64,000 bases of DNA from Candidatus Thorarchaeota archaeon. Its GTDB lineage: Archaea; Asgardarchaeota; Thorarchaeia; Thorarchaeales; Thorarchaeaceae. The notes beneath the pieces are model-generated. The model did not search any database, was not told where the DNA came from, and saw only the letters and a list, made by a program, of their open reading frames with translations. Every line of letters begins with the position of its first letter. Position 1 is the first letter of the stretch. The position numbers and the translations under genes were made by a program. Below are positions 9,044 through 18,989 of this stretch, one piece after another. The stretch lies in assembly GCA_048882485.1 (NCBI GenBank), contig JBHLRP010000001.1, forward strand, positions 1 to 64,000. The letters run 5' to 3'.

Positions 9044-10540
9044 ATGAAAAAGACGAGATGGATATCTCTATCTCTTGCTGGTATATTAGTTGCATCTGTT
9101 TTCCTACCTTACTTTGCTGTTATGCCCACTGTCGCAACAATCCAAGAACCAATAAAAATAGGAGTCTTTGCTCCCTTTACAACCTCGGGTCTTGCACACT
9201 ATGCGCCATGGACACAGCAAGGCTTTGAGCTAGGATTAATTTATGCAACCACGGAGATGGGGTACAATAATGAGAACATGACCGAAGCAGGCAGACCCTA
9301 TGAGATTCATTATTACGATACCAAAGGCGACCCAACTTCGGTAGGAGCTCTAGTTACAGACGCAATTGAAATAGACAATATTGATATTCTTGTAGGAGGG
9401 ACACATAGCAATCTTGCCGCAGTAATTGCACCAATTGCTGAAGAATATGAAAAGCTGTACTTTATTACACCAGCTGCTGACTCTCAGCTGACGGCATCGC
9501 TCTTTAATCCATATGTATTCCGCTTAGCAAGAAATAGCTGGCACGATGCCTATGCTGGCGTCACATATGCTATGGACACTCTCAATTACACCAAATTTGG
9601 ATTTCTCGCCATTGACTATTCCTTTGGATATAGTGGCGTTGACGCGATGAGGGAAGTAATTGAATCCAAAGGCGGAGTGGTGAATAGCTTTCAGTATGCA
9701 CCTTTCGGTACAACTGATTTTAGTCCATATATTACCAATCTCATAACAGCCAACTTTCTCTTCGGAATTGATTATCTCTTTGTTGTTTGGGCAGGATCCT
9801 TCGTAGACATCATCAATGATTTCTGGACCTATGATATCTTTTCCCACATGGATGCAGCCGGAGTCGTTGTTGATATACTCTCTGGGACCGATCTCGAAGA
9901 AAGTTTGACACCCCCAGCAACCATTGTAGGTTCTAGAGGGCTATGCGTATATGGCTATGAACTACCAAATAACACTGTGAATGACTGGATGGTGGCTCAA
10001 CACGATGCCAGAAACATTGCACCCGGTGCTCCGACCTACTCATATCAAGTGCCTGAACTCTTCACTGCAAGTGCATTTGCTACAGCTCAATTCTTGGTGG
10101 CAGCTACAAATGCCGTCCCGGACCTAGATAGTGGTCTAATGATTAACTATCTGGAAAGTGGCATTACCATAGATTGCCCGAAGGGAGCAACGTACTTGAG
10201 ACCAGAAGACCATCAAGGGCTTGCACCTATGTTTATTGCAGAAGCTTGGAATGATACGAGATCTGGATCCCAAACAGAGAATCTCATCATTGCAAAATTG
10301 ATTGACACCCTTGACCGTGACACCGTTGCGCCTCCAGTCGCATCTGTCTGGAAAGGCGAGCCATATGTCCCAGGTGGATTCGCACCACCGACATCCACTA
10401 CTCCGACTACAACTACTCCCACAACGACACCTGAACCACCTCCACCGCCTCCCCCGATTGATCCGATTCTGCTACTTGCACTAGGTGGTGGAGCACTTGT
10501 GGTGATTGTCCTAATCGTAGTATTCGCAAGGAAGCAGTAG
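9044..10540 (+). CDS. LivK-family (type I periplasmic-binding fold) substrate-binding protein with Thr/Pro linker and C-terminal TM anchor
   Basis: Signal peptide; PIKIGVFAP, YYDTKGDP, PYVFR, DYSFG, TTDFSPY motifs; TSTTPTTTTPTTTPEPPPPPPP linker then hydrophobic helix and RKQ tail. Confidence 0.85.
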   Translation: MKKTRWISLSLAGILVASVFLPYFAVMPTVATIQEPIKIGVFAPFTTSGLAHYAPWTQQGFELGLIYATTEMGYNNENMTEAGRPYEIHYYDTKGDPTSVGALVTDAIEIDNIDILVGGTHSNLAAVIAPIAEEYEKLYFITPAADSQLTASLFNPYVFRLARNSWHDAYAGVTYAMDTLNYTKFGFLAIDYSFGYSGVDAMREVIESKGGVVNSFQYAPFGTTDFSPYITNLITANFLFGIDYLFVVWAGSFVDIINDFWTYDIFSHMDAAGVVVDILSGTDLEESLTPPATIVGSRGLCVYGYELPNNTVNDWMVAQHDARNIAPGAPTYSYQVPELFTASAFATAQFLVAATNAVPDLDSGLMINYLESGITIDCPKGATYLRPEDHQGLAPMFIAEAWNDTRSGSQTENLIIAKLIDTLDRDTVAPPVASVWKGEPYVPGGFAPPTSTTPTTTTPTTTPEPPPPPPPIDPILLLALGGGALVVIVLIVVFARKQ

Positions 10541-10553
10541 ATCTAGTATAGAT

Positions 10554-10593
10554 GTAGTCTGGAACTCATCCAGACTACTCCCTCTCTTTTTTT
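10554..10593 (+). terminator. Hairpin plus T-tract terminator
   Basis: Perfect 10-bp stem GTAGTCTGGA/TCCAGACTAC (10554-63/10569-78), T7 tract at 10587-93, 13 nt after the stop. Confidence 0.75.
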
Positions 10594-10615
10594 GATATTG
10601 CAGGAGCAGATGAAG

Positions 10616-12016
10616 TCATTCCCACTCAAGGAGCCTTTTCTCGCCCTCCAGACTTCGAATCTCTGTCACATCCTGCGTGACCTCCAAGGTCCCAACGAAT
10701 TCTCCCTTGTCACCTCTAACGGCGTAATACGATATGAGGATAAACTTGTCATCTAGTTGAATCCAGAATATTGCCTTGTCCTGAGTCCCGTCTTTGAATG
10801 CATCCATTATTCTCTGAACCTTATCATAGCTCTTCTGGGGGTGACAATTAATGACGCCTCTTCCAATAACCCCGGGACTCCTTGGGAAAATTCGGTCATC
10901 TGTGGCAGAGTAGTACTTGACTCTCTCATCAAGTCCAACAAATGAAAGATCAACAGGAATATGTCTTAGCAGCAAGTCAATCTCCTTCAGCGTCAGATTA
11001 CCGGTGTTCAGCTTGATTTCAGGTGATTCAGGTTCTTGGTCCGCTTGATGAACATCCAAGGGAGTAATTGGCTTCCATTCAGTGCTGGGTGTAAGATCGA
11101 AGGCATATCCGATTTCTTCCTCTCCTACTCGCACCTTCACCCAATCATATTCTGAAAGATTCTCCAGAGCCATCGGGTAGAGAATATTCTCCTCTTTGTA
11201 TATCATATCTTCAACCGCGGCAAGCACCTCATTAAGATTCGATTCATCTGCTTTGCTGAGCATTTCACGGATTTCATCCTGCTTGGCCCACATCACTGTT
11301 GAAGGACCAGTTATCCCAGCCTTCTCAAGAATCGGAAACAGCTGATTTTGCAGCCGCGTATAATGGGTCACTATTTTCCTCAAATCCTCCAAGGCACTCG
11401 AATCTTCAGGGTTCTCCTTGAGTAAGTTAACCAATCTCTGTGCTTCCTTGTTCTCACTCATGTATGTGTGGACTGGGTGTCCAGGAATTGACTCGGGTTT
11501 CTCTTGTATATCCAGCGATTCCTTGAAGACTTGCACATGTAAATCACACAATGCAGTAACCTGCTGCGCTGTGAGCTCGCCCGAGGAAATCAATGATTGC
11601 TCCATCTCAGCTATCTCTGTTGCGCTGACATCACCAAGTATCTGCTTGAATTGACCCTGGAGCTTCTCCAATTCCTCTCCTTCATGAAGCCCTAAAATGA
11701 GATCCTTCAATTTCGTCTGGCGCTTCTCAAGTTCCTCCTGCCATTCGCCTCTCGCTTCGTCTTCCTTATCTATAGCAACTGTTTCGTTGGCATTCTTAGA
11801 AATCGACTCGGACAATATGGCGAATATTCTATTCAAAGGAACCTTAGACAACTTCGAAACATCTGTTAGAGTAGCTCTTTTTCCGATTGTCCGCTGCATA
11901 ATTGGATTCTGCAGACGCTTCAGCTTTGGAGATATCTCAACCAGAGTATCAAAGAGAAACGGGTACACCTTTGCCAAATCCAGAATCTTTGTGGTTGCCT
12001 TCAGAGTAGTAGCCAT
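10616..12016 (-). CDS. DUF1858/DUF438 + hemerythrin-like + PAS domain protein
   Basis: LCDLH, PGHPVHTY..EN, HYTR..NQLFP, VMWAKQDEIR, MIYKEENILYP; C-terminal PAS (RIFPRSPGVIGR, NCHPQKS, LEVTQD). Confidence 0.85.
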   Translation of the reverse strand: MATTLKATTKILDLAKVYPFLFDTLVEISPKLKRLQNPIMQRTIGKRATLTDVSKLSKVPLNRIFAILSESISKNANETVAIDKEDEARGEWQEELEKRQTKLKDLILGLHEGEELEKLQGQFKQILGDVSATEIAEMEQSLISSGELTAQQVTALCDLHVQVFKESLDIQEKPESIPGHPVHTYMSENKEAQRLVNLLKENPEDSSALEDLRKIVTHYTRLQNQLFPILEKAGITGPSTVMWAKQDEIREMLSKADESNLNEVLAAVEDMIYKEENILYPMALENLSEYDWVKVRVGEEEIGYAFDLTPSTEWKPITPLDVHQADQEPESPEIKLNTGNLTLKEIDLLLRHIPVDLSFVGLDERVKYYSATDDRIFPRSPGVIGRGVINCHPQKSYDKVQRIMDAFKDGTQDKAIFWIQLDDKFILISYYAVRGDKGEFVGTLEVTQDVTEIRSLEGEKRLLEWE

Positions 12017-12157
12017 AGTAGACCCTCAGTCCTCCCAATGATGAACGATTGTTAATAAGCGGTGTGGTTAGTGAGACAAGAGATTCGGCACGACAAAAGC
12101 CTTGCAGAAATGCTGAAACCACAATCTGAATAGGACAACTGTAGCCAATCCTGAATC

Positions 12158-13051
12158 ATGCCTCTCGTTGAAACCGAAGCATCTGTCTTATCGGAACTTG
12201 AGGAAATGATTGGCGAACATATTCCCCCGGTAAAGAGATTTGGCGGACCAGGAACTTCAACTTTCTATAGAACAGCATATACTGAGGTAGATGGTCATAT
12301 CGAGTATTTGAGCATCAACAAGAAAGGGCTAACCGATCTACCTGATAGTCTGTCTGATCTTGAAGCGATTCAGTATCTCTATCTTCGTGACAATCATTTA
12401 GAGACAATCCCACCTTGTGTCTGCAGATTGGATACTCTTCTAGACATCGATGTCTTCAATAATGAGATAGTTGAGATACCAAGGGAAATTGGTGACATGA
12501 CAAACCTCCAGAGGGCTGACCTTTCAAGAAACCAGTTTAGGTATTTGCCCAATTCAATCGGTCACTTGTCAAGCCTTCGAAGACTAGGCTTGATGAATGT
12601 CCAACTCATGGAGCTGCCAGAAACTGTAGAGGAGCTAGGTAATCTCTGGGACCTTGCTATATTCATTAACAATCTTGTTGCCTTGCCGGAGAGCATTGGC
12701 AAAATGACAAACCTCGAGAAACTCACAGCTCACAAGAATGAACTCGTATCTCTTCCGGACAGCCTTGGGAAGATTCCTAACCTCAAACAACTTAGTCTGA
12801 GTGATAATCGTCTCGTATCTTTACCTGACAACATTGGCAGCCTTACAAGTCTAACGAGCCTGAACATTGACGGCAATCAGCTAACTTCACTTCCGAAAAG
12901 CATCATCAACCTGGATGGTCTACAAGGCATCAATTTGAGAGGGAACAGGTTCAGAACATTTCCAGAGGAAACGGTTGAATGGCTTCAGAAATTGCAATCA
13001 AAGGGATGCAGAATAAGAATAGATGAGAAAGATCGTATCCTCGCGACCTGA
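12158..13051 (+). CDS. Leucine-rich repeat protein
   Basis: About nine 23-residue repeats of LxxLxLxxNxLxxLPxSIGxL. Confidence 0.9.
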   Translation: MPLVETEASVLSELEEMIGEHIPPVKRFGGPGTSTFYRTAYTEVDGHIEYLSINKKGLTDLPDSLSDLEAIQYLYLRDNHLETIPPCVCRLDTLLDIDVFNNEIVEIPREIGDMTNLQRADLSRNQFRYLPNSIGHLSSLRRLGLMNVQLMELPETVEELGNLWDLAIFINNLVALPESIGKMTNLEKLTAHKNELVSLPDSLGKIPNLKQLSLSDNRLVSLPDNIGSLTSLTSLNIDGNQLTSLPKSIINLDGLQGINLRGNRFRTFPEETVEWLQKLQSKGCRIRIDEKDRILAT

Positions 13052-13069
13052 AGAGCGATCTCCTTGCCG

Positions 13070-14023
13070 TTACCGAATTACATTGGCAATCCATTCTTTG
13101 AGCGCTTTCCGAGCAGGCATCTTGCTTTTCCATTCAGGATCCTTATGGAATCCCTCATGTCTTATTGTTACGCATTCTTCAAGATATTCAGGCCGATTAT
13201 TCGTGATGTCCTCAAAATAGAGGTTCAGTGGGTAGTTGTATTTTGCAGGCAGTTCCTCGATTTCATCATGCTCTGTTTTCGCTAGTATCACACCTGTGAG
13301 AATCGCTTGATGCACAAAAATCGCATACCGGTCGTCTTCCCGATATAGCCTATTAAAAACTGGTTCCCGGTATACCCTTACAAAGACATCACGCCAAGTC
13401 TGGAGAAGGGTCCTATCTGGTCTCACAACTAGACAGCCTGCATTGAAGTATGGTCGAATTGACAATTCCTCAACTTGGGTCTTCATGGCGAAGACACTCT
13501 CCTCAGATACCCCACAGAACTCGTACACAGCAGACCAGAATGTGTCGAGAGGGTCATCATAATTCAGCCCGAGGAGCTTGTGGTGAACAGGGCGATAGCC
13601 CACGCTGATGTGTCTTTCAAGAATGAACTTACTCGGCTCTTGAAGCACTAATGTGTTTGGAGCAAGCCATGCAACCAACTCGAAACTTCCTTTGGATCTT
13701 GATTCTGCAATGGTTGCTGCATGAGCATGTTTCATGAATGGAAATGAGCTTATTTCTGAATCCATATCAAATGGAATCAGTTCAACCCCCATTTCGTCAA
13801 TTCTAGTCCGAATCTTTGAAGAGATTTCATCTTCGGACTCAGGTGTATAGCACCAGATCTCTACCTCGGAGAGAGAACCAGCGAACGCACGAATGCTTTC
13901 GAGTAGCAGCAGGACATTAGTTTCGGATGAGTCATCAGGGAAGACAATCGTGGCAATTACAAGACTGCTCTTTGAAGGCATATTGGAATTCGAGAGTCTA
14001 GCATTACTTAATCCTACGCTCAA
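13070..14023 (-). CDS. Hypothetical protein with GT-A/GT8-like motifs
   Basis: 317-aa ORF starting 6 bp after mutL stop; YFNAGCLVV and LPAKYNYP resemble GT8 motifs; DxD position reads APN. Confidence 0.55.
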   Translation of the reverse strand: MSVGLSNARLSNSNMPSKSSLVIATIVFPDDSSETNVLLLLESIRAFAGSLSEVEIWCYTPESEDEISSKIRTRIDEMGVELIPFDMDSEISSFPFMKHAHAATIAESRSKGSFELVAWLAPNTLVLQEPSKFILERHISVGYRPVHHKLLGLNYDDPLDTFWSAVYEFCGVSEESVFAMKTQVEELSIRPYFNAGCLVVRPDRTLLQTWRDVFVRVYREPVFNRLYREDDRYAIFVHQAILTGVILAKTEHDEIEELPAKYNYPLNLYFEDITNNRPEYLEECVTIRHEGFHKDPEWKSKMPARKALKEWIANVIR

Positions 14024-14029
14024 CGCAGG

Positions 14030-15835
14030 CTACCGCTTAAGGCGGTGCCTCGCTCTGAACCGAGCAAGGGCTTGAGGACCATCCCTCCCGAACCGTTTGT
14101 CAAGCTCCTGTCTTGTGAGCTTGATCATTGAGGGTCTGCCATGAGCACAATTGTATCTGTTCGGTGCTTTGACAAGATCTACCAGAAGGGACGCAATTTC
14201 CTTGTGACTGAGAGTTTCTCCGGCTCTGATGGCCGAATGACAAGCAACGACTCTAAGGACATTGTCCATGAATTCATCTTTCGCGGCTCGAACACCAAGC
14301 TCAACAATCCTATCTACAAGTGAAATCAGCTCGTCTTCATTTGCTCGATGACCGAACACATCAGGTAGTGTAGAAACAAGAACTTCACTTCCTCCAAAAG
14401 AATCGATTGAATATCCAAGCGAATTAAGAACTTCTTGAGCATCAAGAATTGCATCCTTATCGGCCGCGCTGAGTCGGAGAACGATTGGCTCCAGCAGTTC
14501 CTGAGTAGCAATGCTCTCGTTTTTCATCTTGGCTTTTAGTTGCTCATAGATGATCCTCTCATGTGCAGCATGTTGATCCACGATGACGAGTCCATCATCG
14601 AACTCGAGAAGGATATAGAGGTCCTGAATCTGTCCCACGATCTTGAAAGCTCCTCTAAGGGGAATCTCCTGAGGTTCTATTTCCTTATCTGTAACCAGTT
14701 CTTCGAGTGTGACTCTCTCAAAAAGCAGCGGCTCTTCTGCCAAGGTCCGGGCTGAAAATGTCATGTCTTCCTCACCTTGGGAACTGAGGGTTTCAGAAAG
14801 TGGCACATCCACAAAGTCCTGGAGTGGCAGAGGTGCCGCCTTTGGCCTATCCTTGTCCAATGCCTCCCGAACAGCAATCCTTAGGGTTTCTATGAGAGAA
14901 TCGAAATCCTGAATTCTGACCTCTCTTTTTGTTGGGTGGACATTTGCATCAACCTTTTCCACGTCAACATCTATCTTGATGGAGCAGATAGGATATCTCC
15001 CCTTCATCAATAGTGATGAGTACGCTGATTCAACGGCTTGATTGAGTTTTTCGTCATATATTGGACGGTTTCTGACAGAGAAATACTGTCTTCCTCTGTT
15101 GCCTCTTGAAACAGAAGGAAGAGCTATGAATCCTGAGACCAAGGTGCCAACGGTCTTATGCTGGAACTTGACCAGACTTGCGGCAACATCAGGTCCCCAC
15201 AAATGGAGTACTCGATCTCTCTCCGTTTGACCCGGTGGACAGTCTAGTACTGCACGTTCGTCTCTGATGACTCTAAATCCCACATCATTCCTGACGATTG
15301 CATGCCTCATAGTGACATCTAGAACTCTTTGGCTCTCAACTCTTGGATAGGATAGATGTTTTCTTCGGGCAGGGATATTCTTGAATAGATTTGCAATCTC
15401 AACAGTGGTCCCCCTAGGTCTTGAAGCATCTTCAATGCTAGGTATTTCTCCTGCTCGAGATGAAATCCTCGTTCCAAGTTCATCGTCTTTGTGCTTTGTA
15501 ACTATCACCACATCAGCTACTGCAGCAATGCTAGCTAGAGCTTCACCTCTGAAACCATATGTGAGAATCGATTCGATGTCTTCCCTTGTGCTAATCTTGC
15601 TTGTTGAGTAGCGCAATGTGCATACTGGACAGTCTTCTTTCAAGATGCCAATCCCATTGTCTGAAACAGCGATTGATCCAATACCACCATCAGTGATTGA
15701 TATCTCAATATTGGTAGCCTCTGCGTCAAGTGAGTTCTCGATTAGCTCCTTGACAATTGACGAGGGATTCTCTATGACTTCGCCAGCAGAAATTAGAGAA
15801 ACAAGTTCTTCGCTAAGAACACGAATATTGCCCAC
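14030..15835 (-). CDS. mutL: DNA mismatch repair endonuclease MutL
   Basis: ISAGEVIENP, KELIENSLDA, GFRGEALASI, DANVHPTKREV, DQHAAHERIIYE, ACH, CAHGRP; GTG start at 15835 after GAGGTGG. Confidence 0.95.
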   Translation of the reverse strand: MGNIRVLSEELVSLISAGEVIENPSSIVKELIENSLDAEATNIEISITDGGIGSIAVSDNGIGILKEDCPVCTLRYSTSKISTREDIESILTYGFRGEALASIAAVADVVIVTKHKDDELGTRISSRAGEIPSIEDASRPRGTTVEIANLFKNIPARRKHLSYPRVESQRVLDVTMRHAIVRNDVGFRVIRDERAVLDCPPGQTERDRVLHLWGPDVAASLVKFQHKTVGTLVSGFIALPSVSRGNRGRQYFSVRNRPIYDEKLNQAVESAYSSLLMKGRYPICSIKIDVDVEKVDANVHPTKREVRIQDFDSLIETLRIAVREALDKDRPKAAPLPLQDFVDVPLSETLSSQGEEDMTFSARTLAEEPLLFERVTLEELVTDKEIEPQEIPLRGAFKIVGQIQDLYILLEFDDGLVIVDQHAAHERIIYEQLKAKMKNESIATQELLEPIVLRLSAADKDAILDAQEVLNSLGYSIDSFGGSEVLVSTLPDVFGHRANEDELISLVDRIVELGVRAAKDEFMDNVLRVVACHSAIRAGETLSHKEIASLLVDLVKAPNRYNCAHGRPSMIKLTRQELDKRFGRDGPQALARFRARHRLKR

Positions 15836-15845
15836 GGGGACCACC

Positions 15846-17399
15846 TCAGGACCCGAGCGCAGTGTATTCCACAATCCCACCAACAATTGTCAGCTCAACA
15901 CTGATATCCTTTATTTTCTCTGGTGGAACTTTTAGAATATCATCTGAAAGGACCGCAAAGTCAGCTCTTTTGCCCACAGCAAGGCTTCCGACGGTTCTAT
16001 CCATGTAGGAAGCATAAGCTGCTTCTAGGGTGTAGCACCTAAGCGCCTCTTCTACAGTAAGTCTGACTCTTTCATTCGGATGTGTCGTGGCAGCCCAGAT
16101 TCCATAGAGTGGTCCATACGGCATACCGTCGCTGCCGAATGCAAGACGTGCTCCGTTGTCAAGTGCCACCCTGAACATATTCATTCCTCGGAATGTTTCG
16201 CCATCCACTCTGCTCTCATAGAGTCCTCCCTGGAATTGCCATTTGCCGACGAAATTAGGCTGCATTGAAAGAATCAGCCCAAGGCTAACAGCTCGGCGTA
16301 TTTGCCACTCACTAATCATCTCAGCATGCTCAATTCGATGCCTCTGCTCTCTAATCATTGATTTATCCTTCAGGTCTTCAAAGGCAGTTATTACCATCTC
16401 AATGGCGGCATCACCAATGGCATGCGTCACAGTCTGTATGTTACTCTTGATTGCTCTCTTGATAATCTTCGAGTATTCTTTCTTATCCATCACCAACCTG
16501 CCTTTGTTACCCTTGTCACCCTTATACTCCCTAGACATGTAAGCAGTTGCTGCTCCAATTGAGCCATCCGTGAATATTTTGACTCCCCCTATTCTCACCA
16601 TTGGACTCCCCATTCCAGATGAAAGCCCCAACTTAATCATGTGATTCATCTGATCGACTGGCGGATTGAAGACGGTGCGCACTGTGAGGTTGTCATTTCG
16701 TTCAACTTCGCGGAGATGACGAAGTGTACCAGCTGCGGCGTTGTCTACTACTGTGGTAATTCCAAGCTGATTTGCAATCTTGTTTCCAGCAATGATGCCC
16801 TGTTGAATCTCCTCATCGGTTTTCGGGATCTTCCCATGAATCCCCTCAATGTCCTTGAGGACTCCATTTGGATTTCCCTTGGTATCCTTCATGACCCCCT
16901 CTTGATCTACTGGAATCCTCAGCTTCTCGAGACCAATAGTATTGGTTGAAACAAGATGCCCGTCGATTCTGGTGGCAAAAATAGGGTGTGTTTTGGATAC
17001 CTTGTCCAAGTCTTTGGCATTGAGGTACCGCTTCTTAGGCCATTGGCTCTCGTCCCATCCGAATGCAATTACCCAGTTTCCTTCCTTATAGACGGGCAGT
17101 GCATCCTTCAATATCTGGATGGCTTCTTCCAAGGAAGTTGCATCATGAAGATGGACGTGATTTGATTTGTACCCATCTCCAGTAAAATGAGTATGTGCAT
17201 CAACAAATCCTGGAACTACCGTCTTTCCTCCAAGATCGATGACTCTTCTCGCACTTGGCACCAAATCGGCAATCAAATCATCGTCGCCAATCGCCAGTAT
17301 CTTGTAGCTCTTCACAGCCAGAGCTGTTGCCTTCGGATTGTGTGGGTCCATCGTTATGATATTGCCGTTGAATACGACAAGGTCTGCCTCTAGTTCCAA
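15846..17399 (-). CDS. YtcJ-family metal-dependent amidohydrolase
   Basis: PGFVDAHTH, VKIFTDGSIG, HAIGDAA, HRIEHAE, FGSDG, YTLEAAYA, GKRADF. Confidence 0.9.
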   Translation of the reverse strand: MELEADLVVFNGNIITMDPHNPKATALAVKSYKILAIGDDDLIADLVPSARRVIDLGGKTVVPGFVDAHTHFTGDGYKSNHVHLHDATSLEEAIQILKDALPVYKEGNWVIAFGWDESQWPKKRYLNAKDLDKVSKTHPIFATRIDGHLVSTNTIGLEKLRIPVDQEGVMKDTKGNPNGVLKDIEGIHGKIPKTDEEIQQGIIAGNKIANQLGITTVVDNAAAGTLRHLREVERNDNLTVRTVFNPPVDQMNHMIKLGLSSGMGSPMVRIGGVKIFTDGSIGAATAYMSREYKGDKGNKGRLVMDKKEYSKIIKRAIKSNIQTVTHAIGDAAIEMVITAFEDLKDKSMIREQRHRIEHAEMISEWQIRRAVSLGLILSMQPNFVGKWQFQGGLYESRVDGETFRGMNMFRVALDNGARLAFGSDGMPYGPLYGIWAATTHPNERVRLTVEEALRCYTLEAAYASYMDRTVGSLAVGKRADFAVLSDDILKVPPEKIKDISVELTIVGGIVEYTALGS

Positions 17400-17509
17400 A
17401 GATTGGTGCCTCCGATTGATGAAGGATTTCGGGATACTGATATATCCTCCTTCTTGTGGTGCGCCCGCCCTGATTTACATGCGATTGTTGATTACTCTTT
17501 GCCCTACAT

Positions 17510-18157
17510 CTACTTCTTGGGAACCTTATCCCAATCAGCTAGGAATCTCTTAATGCCGATGTCTGTCAAAGGATGTTTCACCATCTTGTCGAGAACCGCA
17601 GGAGGAATGGTTGCTATATCGGCTCCCAGCAGTGCAGCCTCATAGACATGGATTGGGTGCCTGATGCTGGCGACTATGATCTCTGTGTCAAAGGCGTAGT
17701 TTGAGTAGATTTGCACGATGGCTTCAATGAGTTCCATTCCGGTGTGACCTATATCGTCTAATCTACCAATGAAGGGTGAAACAAATGCTGCACCTGCCTT
17801 GGCAGCTAGAATGGCCTGGTTTGCGCTGAAGCACAGAGTGACATTGGTCTTGATACCTTCATCTGCGCATACCTTGGTAGCCTTGAGTCCTTCCCATGTG
17901 AGAGGCACCTTGATTGCGGCATTGTCAATCCAGCTATTAAGCTCTCTAGCCTCTTTGAGCATGCCCTCCGCATCTTCACTAACGACTTCCAAGCTTATGG
18001 GGCCTTCAACAAAAGAAGCTATCTCGTCAACGATTTTTCTAAAGTCTTTCCCTTCTTTTGCGACTAGAGATGGATTTGTAGTCACACCATCCACCATGCC
18101 GCGTTCGTGTGCCTTTCGTATTGCATCGACATTCGCAGTGTCAATAAAGAACTTCAA
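17510..18157 (-). CDS. tal: Transaldolase (short FSA/TalC-type subfamily)
   Basis: [23 protein letters not shown] Schiff-base Lys, [22 protein letters not shown]. Confidence 0.93.
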   Translation of the reverse strand: MKFFIDTANVDAIRKAHERGMVDGVTTNPSLVAKEGKDFRKIVDEIASFVEGPISLEVVSEDAEGMLKEARELNSWIDNAAIKVPLTWEGLKATKVCADEGIKTNVTLCFSANQAILAAKAGAAFVSPFIGRLDDIGHTGMELIEAIVQIYSNYAFDTEIIVASIRHPIHVYEAALLGADIATIPPAVLDKMVKHPLTDIGIKRFLADWDKVPKK

Positions 18158-18226
18158 CTTGTAATCATCTCCCGTCTATGGAGTTGTTGCTGGGATGAAC
18201 AGCTATATTCGATTAAAACGGTTCGG

Positions 18227-18889
18227 TTAGGCAGTATCGAGCAGTGCTTTGAGCTTTCTGACTTCTTGCTCTATGTTATCAGCTTTGAATACTGCTGAAC
18301 CGGCAATGAAGAAGTCGGCACCTGCCCTGCGAATACTTGCTATGTTATCTCTCTTCACCCCTCCATCAATTGCAATGCGAACCTCCGGCTTATGTTCATC
18401 AAGCAAAGCTCTCAGTTCAGTTATCTTCCCTGTGACCGGCTCGATGTAGGATTGTCCTCCAAATCCGGGACACACACTCATTAGTAAAACTGAATCGAGT
18501 AGGTCCAGAAGCGGCATGACGTGGGAGATTGGAGTACCAGGGTTCAGAGTGATACCTGCCTCACCTCCTAGGTCTTTGATCAGCTGCACCGTTCTATATA
18601 CATCATAAGAGGCTTCGATGTGAGGATAGATGAGTTCCACACCTGCATCTATGAACTTAGGAATATACTCGCGTGGCTTTGTGATCATAAGATGGGCATC
18701 TAGCGGCACATCCGTGATACGTTTCATTGTCTTCGCTATCATTGGACCATATGAGATGTTGGGGACAAAATGCCCGTCCATTATATCCAAATGGAAGTAA
18801 TCTGCCCCTCCCTTCTCAGCGGACTTGATATCCCTCTCCAAGTTCGCGAAGTTCGCAGATAGGATTGACGGTGCTAGCAGCGGTTTCAT
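18227..18889 (-). CDS. rpe: Ribulose-phosphate 3-epimerase
   Basis: APSILSANF, HLDIMDGHFVPN, DAHLMI, MSVCPGFGGQ, IDGG; probable start MKPLL at 18889. Confidence 0.95.
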   Translation of the reverse strand: MKPLLAPSILSANFANLERDIKSAEKGGADYFHLDIMDGHFVPNISYGPMIAKTMKRITDVPLDAHLMITKPREYIPKFIDAGVELIYPHIEASYDVYRTVQLIKDLGGEAGITLNPGTPISHVMPLLDLLDSVLLMSVCPGFGGQSYIEPVTGKITELRALLDEHKPEVRIAIDGGVKRDNIASIRRAGADFFIAGSAVFKADNIEQEVRKLKALLDTA

Positions 18890-18989
18890 AGTCAAACCAA
18901 CCAGAGATGACTGGCGCGGCATAAATGCAACGCCAATGGACAGGCCTGAGTCCGCGTATTTTAAGCTTCTCCAAGTGCAGCTAGGCCAA

